Assembly (NCBI GenBank): GCA_040218735.1
Contig: JAVJQW010000041.1
Span: 128,001 to 192,000, forward strand
Direction: 5' to 3'
Source: Deltaproteobacteria bacterium
GTDB taxonomy: Bacteria > Myxococcota > Kuafuiibacteriia > Kuafuiibacteriales > Kuafuiibacteriaceae
DNA: 64,000 nucleotides
Shown: positions 49,676-59,188 of the stretch, piece after piece
Layout: each line of letters starts with the position of its first letter
How positions within the stretch are numbered: the first letter of the stretch is position 1
Translations under genes and position numbers: made by a program
Notes under the pieces: model-generated
Databases searched by the model: none
Told to the model about the DNA's origin: nothing
What the model saw: the letters and a program-made list of their open reading frames with translations, nothing else

Positions 49676-51232
49676 TCAGCGCCAGTCGCCGGTCACGTAC
49701 AGCGCCGACGCGCCGATCAGGAACCGGCCGTCGTCGCGCGCTTGGAGCGAAGTGATCGCCACGGTGTCGAGGACCTTCGGCAGGCAGATTCGTTCGAACG
49801 ACGCGCCCCCGGGTGCGATGCGGAACAGGTTGGGCGTCGCGGTGGCGATCCACAGCGCGCCCGACGGGTCCGCGGTGATCGCGGTGAAGATGATCGGCAT
49901 CTCGGCGTCGACGCGTTCGTCGGCGAAGAGCGCTTCTTCCAACCCGGAGGGGGCGGCGGTTGTGACCGAGCCTCCGCTGCGGTCCACGAACAACAGCTGT
50001 GCGTCGGCGCCGCCGATCACGGCGACGCGCGAGTCCGAGGCGGCGCCCGCCCACGTCGCGACGAAGCTCGTGCACAGCGGCTCACACCCCGCGTTGATCG
50101 ACGCTTCGTAGACCGTGCGCCACCCGCGGGACTCGAGCTCCCAGACCGAGCCCGCAAGGTCGGTTGCGATCGGTGGGGAGCTCGGCGAGGTCACGATCGA
50201 CGTGACACCGAACGAACGACCGAAGTCGTAGACGGTCCAGTCCGACGCGCCCTGTGGTCGACACCAGATCGCCGCGCGCCGGTCCGAGCCGAGCGCGCCG
50301 CCGAACGTGCACAGGTTCTCGGTGCCCTCGATCGTCACCGTCTTCACGCCGTAGAGGTAGCGCGGGAACGTGTCCGGGTTCGGCGGGGTGTCGTCGACGT
50401 ACGCGCGGCGCGCCGCGTTCCAGGTCAGCATCGCGCCGACCGTGCCGAAGCCACGGCCGGAGTAGTTCACGACGAGGTGGCGCGGCCAGATCTCTCCGTC
50501 GATGTCGACCTCCGGTCCGCCGAGCCCGAGCACCACCGCGCGTTCGCCGGTCTGGAGCGCGACGGTCCCGGTGCGCACCGCGCGTGCTTCGAGCTGCGTG
50601 CCGTTGGGCGGGACGAAGCCGAGGAAGATGGTGCTGGTGGAGGTGAAGCCGATGACGGTCGTGCCGTCGCTGAGCGTGGCCATCGAGGAGAGGGCGTCGA
50701 TCGGGAGCTGCGGGGTGGTGACGTCGAAGGGCGTGGTGGGTTCGCGGCACGGGCTCGCGATCGCGAGGTCGGAGATCAGCGTGCGCAGTCGTGCGTCGCG
50801 TTCCTCGGATCGTTCGCGGCTGACGCCGGGCCCCTCGATCGGCGCGAGCGGCGTGGGCGACTCCGCGGGGGAGGGCACGTCCATGACGTGGGGGTCGTAG
50901 AGCGGGGGGAGCGGTCGTGCGCCGTCGGCGTTGCTCGCGACGAGCATGAGGTCGAGCGGGGAGATGTTCGCGGGGAGGTCATCCGCCGAGAGGCCGGCGT
51001 ACATCATGTCGACGTCGGTGCCCGCGATGACCTCGGGTTTCAGCACGTCGATCGACGTGGTCGCGACGATGCGCACCGAGTTCGCGGCGAGCGCGCGTCC
51101 GGCGGGTGCGGTGCCGTAGATGACGAAGTCGGTGCCGACCGCGGGTCGGTCCAGCACGCCGGAGTCTTCTCCCGAGCACGCGGCCGAAGCGACGAGCAAC
51201 AGAACGAACGAGGTCTTGGCTGGCGACGGCAT
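49676..51232 (-). CDS. Lipoprotein of unknown function (beta-propeller-like)
   Basis: Lipobox SAAC; strand-rich; AITADPSGALWIA-type blades. Confidence 0.7.
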   Translation of the reverse strand: MPSPAKTSFVLLLVASAACSGEDSGVLDRPAVGTDFVIYGTAPAGRALAANSVRIVATTSIDVLKPEVIAGTDVDMMYAGLSADDLPANISPLDLMLVASNADGARPLPPLYDPHVMDVPSPAESPTPLAPIEGPGVSRERSEERDARLRTLISDLAIASPCREPTTPFDVTTPQLPIDALSSMATLSDGTTVIGFTSTSTIFLGFVPPNGTQLEARAVRTGTVALQTGERAVVLGLGGPEVDIDGEIWPRHLVVNYSGRGFGTVGAMLTWNAARRAYVDDTPPNPDTFPRYLYGVKTVTIEGTENLCTFGGALGSDRRAAIWCRPQGASDWTVYDFGRSFGVTSIVTSPSSPPIATDLAGSVWELESRGWRTVYEASINAGCEPLCTSFVATWAGAASDSRVAVIGGADAQLLFVDRSGGSVTTAAPSGLEEALFADERVDAEMPIIFTAITADPSGALWIATATPNLFRIAPGGASFERICLPKVLDTVAITSLQARDDGRFLIGASALYVTGDWR

Positions 51233-51578
51233 CCTCGGGGACAGGGTACCGAATCTGGGAGAAATGAGAGGCCCGGGAGACACGGCCCATCCGTGCCTCC
51301 CAGGGTCCCCAACCGCCGACGCACGGACCTGGGACGGGACTTGGGGTTTATCGAGTGTGCGCCGACTGTCGTGGTGGTCTAGAGCACGGTCGGTGCCAGG
51401 CGTGCCTCGACGCAGAGTCCTTGGATTTCGATGAGTTAACGGACGGGTGTCCGTTTTGGATCGAACGCCAACGTTGCGAGCGTTCGGTTCTTTACGGTTC
51501 GGCGATCGTCCGCGCGCGGGGTCGTGAATGCAAACCGGGGCTCATTTTGCGGTGAGCGATCTGCTATCGGGTCCCGCG

Positions 51579-53132
51579 ATGACCGAGGCCCGAGACAACG
51601 TCACCACCCTCGAGACCCTCCTCGCGAAAGCACGCGCGGGCGGCGGCGAGAAGCGGATCGAGAAGCAGCACGCGCAAGGGAAGCTCACCGCGCGCGAGCG
51701 CATCGAGATGTTCCTCGACCCGGGTTCGTTCATGGAGCTCGACGCGCTCCGCACGCACCGCTGCCAGGACTTCGGCATGGCCGACAAGAAGATCCCCGGT
51801 GACGGCGTCGTTACTGGGTATGGCAACGTCGACGGGCGTCAGGTCTTTGTGTTCGCGCAGGACTTCACCGTGTTCGGCGGCTCGTTGTCCGAAACGTACG
51901 CCGAGAAGATCTGCAAGGTGATGGACATGGCGATGCGCACCGGCGCGCCGGTGGTCGGCCTCAACGACTCCGGCGGTGCGCGCATCCAGGAGGGCGTCGC
52001 TTCGCTCGCGGGTTACGCGGACATCTTCCTTCGCAACACCCTCGCGTCGGGCGTCGTGCCGCAGATCTCTTTGGTGCTCGGTCCGTGCGCGGGCGGTGCG
52101 GTGTACTCGCCGGCGATCACCGACTTCATCATCATGGCGAAGGAGACGAGCTTCATGTTCGTCACCGGCCCGGACGTGATCAAAGCGGTCACGCACGAAG
52201 ACGTCACGAAGGACGACCTCGGCGGCGCGGTCCCGCACAACATGAAGAGCGGCGTCGCGCACTTCGCGGCGGACAACGAGGCGGCGGCGATCCAGACGGC
52301 GCGTGAGCTCATCTCGTTCCTTCCGTCCAACAACGCGGAGGACCCGCCGAAGATCGCGTCGGACGACGACCCGAACCGGCGCGACGAGAAGCTCGACACC
52401 GTCGTGCCGCCGGTCCCCGAGAAGCCGTACGACATGCGCGACATCGTGAAGGGCGTCGTGGACGACGGCTACTTCTTCGAGGTGCACCGCGACTTCGCGA
52501 AGAACATCGTGGTCGGCTTCGCGCGCCTCGGCGGTCGGTCGGTCGGTGTCGTCGGCAACAACCCGATGGTGCTGGCGGGCTGCCTCGACATCGACGCGTC
52601 GGTGAAGGCCGCGCGCTTCGTGCGGTTCTGCGACTGCTTCAACATCCCGATCGTCACGTTCGTCGACGTGCCGGGCTTCCTCCCCGGCACGAAGCAGGAG
52701 CACGGCGGCATCATCCGCCACGGCGCGAAGCTGTTGTTTGCATACGCAGAGGCGACGGTCCCGAAGATCACGCTCATCACGCGCAAGGCTTACGGCGGCG
52801 CCTACGACGTCATGGCGTCGAAGCACATCCGCGCGGACATCAACTTCGCGTACCCGACCGCGGAGATCGCGGTGATGGGCCCCGACGGCGCGGTGAACAT
52901 CATCTTCCGGAACGAGCTCGCGGAGGCGGCGGACCCGGTCGCGAAGAAGGCGGAGCTGGTCGCCGAGTACCGGAAGAAGTTCGCGAACCCCTTCAAGGCA
53001 GCGGAGCTCGGTTACATCGACGAGGTCATCTTCCCGCGCGACACGCGCCCGAAGCTGATCCGTGCGCTGACGATGTTGAAGAACAAGCGCCAGACGAACC
53101 CGCCGAAGAAGCATGGGAATATCCCGCTGTAA
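51579..53132 (+). CDS. pccB: Acyl-CoA (propionyl-CoA) carboxylase beta/carboxyltransferase subunit
   Basis: [13 protein letters not shown]; PGDGVVTG; [10 protein letters not shown]; DVPGFLPG; KKHGNIPL. Confidence 0.93.
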   Translation: MTEARDNVTTLETLLAKARAGGGEKRIEKQHAQGKLTARERIEMFLDPGSFMELDALRTHRCQDFGMADKKIPGDGVVTGYGNVDGRQVFVFAQDFTVFGGSLSETYAEKICKVMDMAMRTGAPVVGLNDSGGARIQEGVASLAGYADIFLRNTLASGVVPQISLVLGPCAGGAVYSPAITDFIIMAKETSFMFVTGPDVIKAVTHEDVTKDDLGGAVPHNMKSGVAHFAADNEAAAIQTARELISFLPSNNAEDPPKIASDDDPNRRDEKLDTVVPPVPEKPYDMRDIVKGVVDDGYFFEVHRDFAKNIVVGFARLGGRSVGVVGNNPMVLAGCLDIDASVKAARFVRFCDCFNIPIVTFVDVPGFLPGTKQEHGGIIRHGAKLLFAYAEATVPKITLITRKAYGGAYDVMASKHIRADINFAYPTAEIAVMGPDGAVNIIFRNELAEAADPVAKKAELVAEYRKKFANPFKAAELGYIDEVIFPRDTRPKLIRALTMLKNKRQTNPPKKHGNIPL

Positions 53133-53310
53133 CCGACGGCGACGCAGTCAGCCGTCCCCTTGCCCATGAACTTGCCCTCGCCCCTGCCCTCACCAACGAA
53201 GGTATAGGCGCCGCGGAGTAAGCCCGCGAGCCGAGATCAAACTGCCCCGAATCCGTCCCGGTGCCACCGTCCCCTGTGCACTCCGGCGACCCGCCCCCCT
53301 CCATCCCGCT

Positions 53311-53325
53311 TGGATCGCCGGTTGC
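53311..53325 (+). promoter_or_regulatory. Putative sigma54 (-24/-12) promoter
   Basis: TGGATCG-CCGG-TTGC, exact GG-N10-GC spacing, 14 nt before ATG 53340. Confidence 0.55.
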
Positions 53326-53339
53326 TCTTGCACCGTTCG

Positions 53340-56300
53340 ATGGCCCCCCGCGTTCCGCCCAGGTCCCCGCCCCGCCCCGCGCCGAAGCGCAAGGCGCGCA
53401 GCCCGGTGAAGAAGAAGGTCACGCCGCAGAAGAAGCGCGCGCCCAAGGCGACGTCGGGGAAGCGAACGTCGAAGCTGGGGGCGGCGAAGAAGAAGCGCAC
53501 GCCGACGGCGAACCGTCAGCGCGCGGGAGGCGTGAACGGGGCGGCGAGGTCGAAGCGCGGTGGTGCCGGCGGCGTCGGCGCGACCGCAGCCCAACGCGCA
53601 AGGCCGGCTACGGGCGTGAATCCACCGAACGGCGTGGCCGCGCACCGCGCGAACGCTATGCGCGGCGCAGGCGCCGCGGTCGGAGCGAACACTGCGAACG
53701 TCGCGGCGGGGAGGAACGCAGCGACGCGGGTCAACGCGGCGACGGGCGTCAACGCGGCGACGGGCGTCAACGCGGTGACCGGCGTGAACACGGCGAATGC
53801 AGTCCTCGGCGCGAATGAGACGACCGCACGTACCGGCGAGAACGCCGGCAACGGCGCGAGCCGCGGTAACGGAGCCAAGGACACGAACACAGCCGACGGA
53901 GCCCACGGCAAGAACGGCGGCAACGGCGCGACCGGCGGCAACGACGCCAACGCCCGGAACAGCGTGAACGCCGGCAACGCCGCGAACGGCGCGAACGGAG
54001 CGAACGGCGCGAACGGCGCGAACGGCGCGAACGGCGCGAACGGAGCGAACGGAGCGAACGGAGCGAACGGAGCCAACGGCGCGAACGGCGCGAACGGCGC
54101 GAACGGCGCGAACGGCGCGAACGGCGCGAACGGAGCCAACGGCGCGAACGGCGCGAACGGCGCGAACGGCGCGAACGGAGCCAACGGCGCGAACGGAGCC
54201 AACGGCGCGAACGGAGCCAACGCCGCGAACGATAAGAACGCCGGCAACGGCACGAACGCCCCCCAAGACATCCCCGAGCGCGATCGCCCCGAGCCCGTCG
54301 GCGACGGCTTCGTCCCCAACCGCGAGGCGCGCGATCGCATGCGCGGCGTGGTCGACCAGCTCGTCGAGCGCGGCGAGGGCCTCGGCATGGACACCAAGCG
54401 CTTCTCCGCCGCGGCGAACGACTTCTTCGACAACCCGACGCCCGAGGGCTGGGACAAGTTCCGGACCGAGTTCGACGAGCTGCAGGGCATCGGCCCGCGC
54501 AGCGACGCGGCGCGCGCCGAGCGCGAAAAGAAGGAGGCCGCAGAGCGCGAGCAGTCACGCCTGCGCCGCGACGACGACCGGCAGACCGCCGACCGCCTCC
54601 GCGACGGCACCCTGACCGGCGAGCAGTTCGTCGATCGGCTGGGCGGCGACGACCAGGTCTTCGACCGCTTCCGCGAAGGCGAGCTGAACTACAAAGACCT
54701 CGAGCGCGCCTACGGCGACAACGGCCGCGCGCTCGACAAGGCCCGCGAGATCGGTGGTCGCGACCTCCACGACGAGGTCTACAAACAAATGACCACCGAC
54801 GTCGTGCAGCGCTACCAAGGCACGCGCAACCTCGACCAAGACGTCGGCTACGCGCGCACCGGCGAAGCCGCGCAGGAGAAGCTCGACGCCGCCGCGAAGC
54901 AGTACGGCTTGAGCCCGGCCGAGAAGGAGGGCGTCGCAAAACGCGCGGGCCGAACGATGGACGAGCGGCGCCGCTACACCGACGCGCACGAGCTCGTCGA
55001 GGGGGCGTCCCGCGAGCAGCGACACGCCGCCGATCTGCGCGACGTCAACCAAGCCGCCGCGCGCCTCGACCCGGACAAGACCGAGAACTTCGACGCGATC
55101 CGCGCCACCGATCAGCGACAACAGGACCTCTACGACCAAGTGCGCAACGCGGAGAGCCTCACGCCCGCCGACGTGGACCGCCTCGGGCGCGAGTACGACG
55201 AAGCGCAGAAGCAGTACCTCGCGGACACGTACGGCGCCGACGGGCCCGCGTTCGGTGAGGGCGCGGACGGACGCGCGGTGAACGACTATCTGAGCAAACC
55301 GGGCTCCGCGATCGTCGACGAGGCGATCCTCCGCCGTGCCGAACACCGAAACCGCGCCGGCCTCCAACGCGGGGAGCTCCCGCGCCGCGACAACGTCAAC
55401 GCCATGTTCGGGCGCGCCGCGAACAACCCGGACGCCGACCTTCGCGACCTCCAGATCGGGCACCCCGCGAACCCGGAGCACAAGAAGGAGGACTGGCACC
55501 GCACCGAGCTGAAGAACCACGACCTCACCGGGCGCGACCTCACGGGCTCCGACCTTCGCAACACGCGGCTGTCGCGAATGAACCTCCAGGACGTGAAACT
55601 GACCGGTGCCGATCTCACGGGCGCGAAGCTCGACCGCACCAACCTCGGCGGCGTGGACCTGACGACCGTGCGAGGTCTGAAGCAGGCCGACCTGAAGGGC
55701 GCGTACTACGACGGTCAGACCCGCTTCCCGCACGGCTTCGATCCAAAGGCGGCGGGGATGATGCGCATGGTGACGCCGAAGGACGACTTCGCGACGCACC
55801 AGCAGCACACCGCCGAGATGTTCCGCCCGCAGCTCAACGCGCGGACGCTCCAGGAGGCCGGCCACTTCCCGAACCCGCTCTTCGGTGACCAGGGGCAGCC
55901 GCTCACTGTCGGGCGCGACACGTTCTTCGACAACCGCCAGCAGGATCTACGCAACACCGTTCGCGATCAGGCGTCGGCCGAGCGGAAGCTCCTCGAGGAA
56001 CACGGCGGATGGGCGGGCGCGCAGCGGCACGTCGATGGTCTCGCGAACCGCGCGGCGCGCGATGTCCTCACCGCGCGTGGCCTCGACCCGAACGATCCCG
56101 AGAACGCGGAAGCGCTGCGCACGGAGCAGACGAAGGCGCGCGAGAACGTCTCGCAGATGCTGCTCCCGATGCACGGCGAGGCCGCGCAGCGCGCGCGCGA
56201 AGCCGGCCTCGAAGGGAAGGCGTTCGACGACGCGCTCGGGAAGAACTTCTCGGACATCGAGAAGGAGCGGTGGCGCGCCGCGGGCGGCGGCGACGGACTG

Positions 56301-59117
56301 AACCAGGCGGAGATCGATCGCTACTACGCGGGCCTCCCGCAGGACCGTCTCGCCGCCGAGGCCGCAAACGCTTGGGACGACGAGCTGACCCCCGAACAGC
56401 GCGAAGCCACGATGGGTCGGATGATCGGGGAACGCGCCGACCTCGCGCAGGGCGTCCTCAACGGGTTCCGCGACACGCAGCGTGCGATCTCGGGGACCCG
56501 AACTTCGCTGCACGAGAACGCGTCGCTCGCGTACGCGCTCGGTGGTGACTACCGCGACGTACGGACGGCGGAGAAGGACAACGCGCTCTACAGTCGCGTC
56601 TCCGACAGCCTCGATCACGGCCGCGAGGCGCTCGACCAGATCCGCGACCGCGCGACGAACGGCAACGCCGCGTACGCGGACGCGATGTTCCGCGACATGA
56701 TCTCCGGCGAGGGCGCGAAGGGACCCTACCGCCCGTTCGATCACACGCAGCAGGCGCTGAAGCGCTACGCCGAGGACGTGCGGCCGAGCTTCGAGGACCT
56801 TCAGAACGCGGCGCTCCGCGGCGGCGTCGGTCACATCGCCGGCATGGCCGAGACGGCGGCCGAGAACCCGGGCACGACGGCCGGGCTCGCGGCGGTCACG
56901 GCCGCGGGTCTGTACTTCGCGCCGGAGGTCGCGCTCCCGGTGCTGTTCGCGGTGGGGGCGAAGTCTGCCTACGACAACGTCCGGCAGGGCATGGACCTGT
57001 ACCAACAGGGCATGAAGAACAACAACATGAACCAGATCCTCGCGGGCGCCGGTCACTTCGGTGCGGCGGGGGTCGACACGGCGTTCCTCGCCGCCGACGG
57101 CGCAGCGACGCTCAACGCGTTCAAGTCGATGCAGGCGGTGCGCGGCGCGAAGGGGCTGTCGGTCGGGCAGTACGCGAAGTACCAGCTCGCGGAGCGCTCC
57201 GCGAACCTCGCGCGGACGGCGCGGAACGCGCGCAACTGGGTCATGCGGCGGCCACAGATCGAAGCGCCGCCGCCCGGTGCGCAGAACGTGGCGCCGCCGC
57301 GTGACGTGGCCGGCGCGCCGGACGTCACCGCGCCGCGGGATGGTCCGCTGCCGGGCTCGCGTGAGCACAACGCGCTCACCGAGCAGCTCCAGACGAAGCA
57401 GACACGGCTCGATCGCATGCGTCGTGGCCTCGCGCAGCGCGAAGCCGCGGGGGGCCCGCTCCCCGGCGGTCGCGGTCACGGCATCGACGGCCTCCCGTCG
57501 AACGCGACGCCCGAGCAGGCGCGCGCGGCGGTGAAGAAACTCGAAGCGGAGATCGCGGATCTGCAGGGGCAGGTCGGCAAGATCGAAGGGGGCTACCTGA
57601 AGGAGCGTCAGCAGCTCGAAGGTCTGATGGAGCAGGGCTACCACGGGCGCAAACCGGCGTACGAACACGCGACACACCACGACCCGAGTCACCCCGACTT
57701 CCGCGGGCGCGGCAGCCTCACCACGCCGATCCCCGCCGACGCGGCGCAGGTGTATCGCAACGCGGTCCCCGATCCGTCGGCGAACGGACGAACGTGGTGG
57801 GGGCGGGGCGAGAACGGCGATCTCTACCGCTTCCAGTCCACGCCCGACGGCAAACACATGCACTGGAACGGCGCGACCGGGAAGGCCGGCGGCGACCGTG
57901 CGATCGCGATGGACAACGTCCCGGGTTACGTACGCCAGCGGCTCGGTCTCGGCGAGACGACACCGAGCCCCGCAGACGCTCGTGCGCTCCAAGCCGCGCG
58001 CACGCAGCTGCGCGCGACCGAGGATGCGATCGACGGTGCGCGCGCGCAGGGCGGCTACGCCGGTACCGCGAAGGGCACGCTCCCGGACGAGCCCCGGCTG
58101 ATGCTCGATGAGATGACGCAGATGTGGGACGGCCGCATGCCGAAGCTCGACAGCAAGACCGCGGAGGCGCTGCGCAACCTCGAGCCGAACCGGCGCGTTC
58201 AGGTGGACATGGGGAACGGTCCGGAGTGGACGACGGTCGACGACGCGATTCGACGGGCGTACGAGGATCCGAACGTCGGCTCGATGCGCGTCAACCAGGT
58301 CGAGCCGCGCGCGTCGTCGCTCGTGAGCGACAAGGCGGTCCGCGACAAGTTCCCGAACAACTGGCTCGCCGAGATGCCCGCGTCGGAGGCGAACAAACTC
58401 CACGAGGCTGTGGTCACCTTCGACTCGGGCGAACGTGCGGCGGTGTCCGGCAGTCGTCAGATGCTCGAAGAGATCGCGTCGTCCCCGAACGTGCGCACGG
58501 TCGACAGCGGCTACGGCGCTGCGGGGTGGACGCGGCCGCTCTCCGAGATCCCGCTCGAGCAGCGCGTGATGGGCTACGACGCGGTCGGCGCGCGGATGGA
58601 TCAGCTCGGCGACGCGTTCCGGGGCAAGCCCTCCGACGTCACCGGGCTCCCCGTCCGCCACGGGACGGTCGAAGGGCTCGCCGACAGCGTTCGGGGAGGA
58701 CCGCAGGACGTCGGCAAGGGCTTCGGCGGACCGGGCCTCTACCTGTTCGGCGCAGACGACGCCCACCTCGCGCGCAACTACGCCGAGTTCGCGCGCGACG
58801 CGGCCGGCGCACGCGCGAGGGAGGTGGGCGCCGCGAACGTCGACCCGACGCCGACGGTGCTCGAAGGCCAGATCGCGAACGACCCGAACTTGCGCGTCGG
58901 TCGATTCACGCTGAAGCGCGACGGCGCGCCGGACTTCGCCAACGGCGTGCTCCCTGCGAACTGGGCCGACGATCCGCTCCTCGTCCAGGCGATGCTCGGG
59001 AAGTTCGACGTCCTCGACGTCCGAGGCGCCAAGGCCGCGGGCCTCAACCTCGACACGGACCGTTTCTTCGTCGTGCACGGCAGCGCGGGGCCGCGATCGG
59101 TGCTCTTCGATCCGTGA
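53340..59117 (+). CDS. Giant polymorphic-toxin-like protein: basic N-terminus, (ANG)n repeat, pentapeptide repeats, hydrophobic segment, RNase-like domain, C-terminal ART-like domain
   Basis: Single ~1925-aa ORF with good GC3 bias; motif details are given in the findings. Confidence 0.75.
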   Translation: MAPRVPPRSPPRPAPKRKARSPVKKKVTPQKKRAPKATSGKRTSKLGAAKKKRTPTANRQRAGGVNGAARSKRGGAGGVGATAAQRARPATGVNPPNGVAAHRANAMRGAGAAVGANTANVAAGRNAATRVNAATGVNAATGVNAVTGVNTANAVLGANETTARTGENAGNGASRGNGAKDTNTADGAHGKNGGNGATGGNDANARNSVNAGNAANGANGANGANGANGANGANGANGANGANGANGANGANGANGANGANGANGANGANGANGANGANGANGANGANGANGANAANDKNAGNGTNAPQDIPERDRPEPVGDGFVPNREARDRMRGVVDQLVERGEGLGMDTKRFSAAANDFFDNPTPEGWDKFRTEFDELQGIGPRSDAARAEREKKEAAEREQSRLRRDDDRQTADRLRDGTLTGEQFVDRLGGDDQVFDRFREGELNYKDLERAYGDNGRALDKAREIGGRDLHDEVYKQMTTDVVQRYQGTRNLDQDVGYARTGEAAQEKLDAAAKQYGLSPAEKEGVAKRAGRTMDERRRYTDAHELVEGASREQRHAADLRDVNQAAARLDPDKTENFDAIRATDQRQQDLYDQVRNAESLTPADVDRLGREYDEAQKQYLADTYGADGPAFGEGADGRAVNDYLSKPGSAIVDEAILRRAEHRNRAGLQRGELPRRDNVNAMFGRAANNPDADLRDLQIGHPANPEHKKEDWHRTELKNHDLTGRDLTGSDLRNTRLSRMNLQDVKLTGADLTGAKLDRTNLGGVDLTTVRGLKQADLKGAYYDGQTRFPHGFDPKAAGMMRMVTPKDDFATHQQHTAEMFRPQLNARTLQEAGHFPNPLFGDQGQPLTVGRDTFFDNRQQDLRNTVRDQASAERKLLEEHGGWAGAQRHVDGLANRAARDVLTARGLDPNDPENAEALRTEQTKARENVSQMLLPMHGEAAQRAREAGLEGKAFDDALGKNFSDIEKERWRAAGGGDGLNQAEIDRYYAGLPQDRLAAEAANAWDDELTPEQREATMGRMIGERADLAQGVLNGFRDTQRAISGTRTSLHENASLAYALGGDYRDVRTAEKDNALYSRVSDSLDHGREALDQIRDRATNGNAAYADAMFRDMISGEGAKGPYRPFDHTQQALKRYAEDVRPSFEDLQNAALRGGVGHIAGMAETAAENPGTTAGLAAVTAAGLYFAPEVALPVLFAVGAKSAYDNVRQGMDLYQQGMKNNNMNQILAGAGHFGAAGVDTAFLAADGAATLNAFKSMQAVRGAKGLSVGQYAKYQLAERSANLARTARNARNWVMRRPQIEAPPPGAQNVAPPRDVAGAPDVTAPRDGPLPGSREHNALTEQLQTKQTRLDRMRRGLAQREAAGGPLPGGRGHGIDGLPSNATPEQARAAVKKLEAEIADLQGQVGKIEGGYLKERQQLEGLMEQGYHGRKPAYEHATHHDPSHPDFRGRGSLTTPIPADAAQVYRNAVPDPSANGRTWWGRGENGDLYRFQSTPDGKHMHWNGATGKAGGDRAIAMDNVPGYVRQRLGLGETTPSPADARALQAARTQLRATEDAIDGARAQGGYAGTAKGTLPDEPRLMLDEMTQMWDGRMPKLDSKTAEALRNLEPNRRVQVDMGNGPEWTTVDDAIRRAYEDPNVGSMRVNQVEPRASSLVSDKAVRDKFPNNWLAEMPASEANKLHEAVVTFDSGERAAVSGSRQMLEEIASSPNVRTVDSGYGAAGWTRPLSEIPLEQRVMGYDAVGARMDQLGDAFRGKPSDVTGLPVRHGTVEGLADSVRGGPQDVGKGFGGPGLYLFGADDAHLARNYAEFARDAAGARAREVGAANVDPTPTVLEGQIANDPNLRVGRFTLKRDGAPDFANGVLPANWADDPLLVQAMLGKFDVLDVRGAKAAGLNLDTDRFFVVHGSAGPRSVLFDP
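53730..53783 (+). repeat. 18-bp tandem repeat x3 (VNAATG)
   Basis: GTCAACGCGGCGACGGGC repeated; the third copy is slightly diverged. Confidence 0.85.
53982..54215 (+). repeat. 9-bp coding tandem repeat x26 (GCS AAC GGM = Ala-Asn-Gly)
   Basis: 234 bp; variation only at synonymous third positions. Confidence 0.95.
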
Positions 59118-59188
59118 GCGTCGGGCTCGATGCCGTGCGTCCCGAGTGACGATTGGCGTTCGGAGCGCGGCCATAGGACCCTCGCGCC

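Noticed and set aside
51535-51551. GG-N10-GC upstream of pccB as a sigma54 promoter
   Set aside because: The -24 element (CCGGGGCT) is a poor match to TGGCAC; GG-N10-GC alone is frequent at this GC content.
51355-51555. Cys-rich 66-aa ORF (CxxC...CxxC) upstream of pccB
   Set aside because: No RBS, atypical codon usage, and it lies in a divergent promoter region; probably chance, though not excluded.
53135-53156. Hairpin after pccB (GACGGC...GCCGTC) as an intrinsic terminator
   Set aside because: No U-tract and a bulged stem; insufficient support.
53982-54215. Tandem repeat considered as a CRISPR array
   Set aside because: Contiguous 9-bp units with no unique spacers, in frame within a CDS, and no cas genes in the window.
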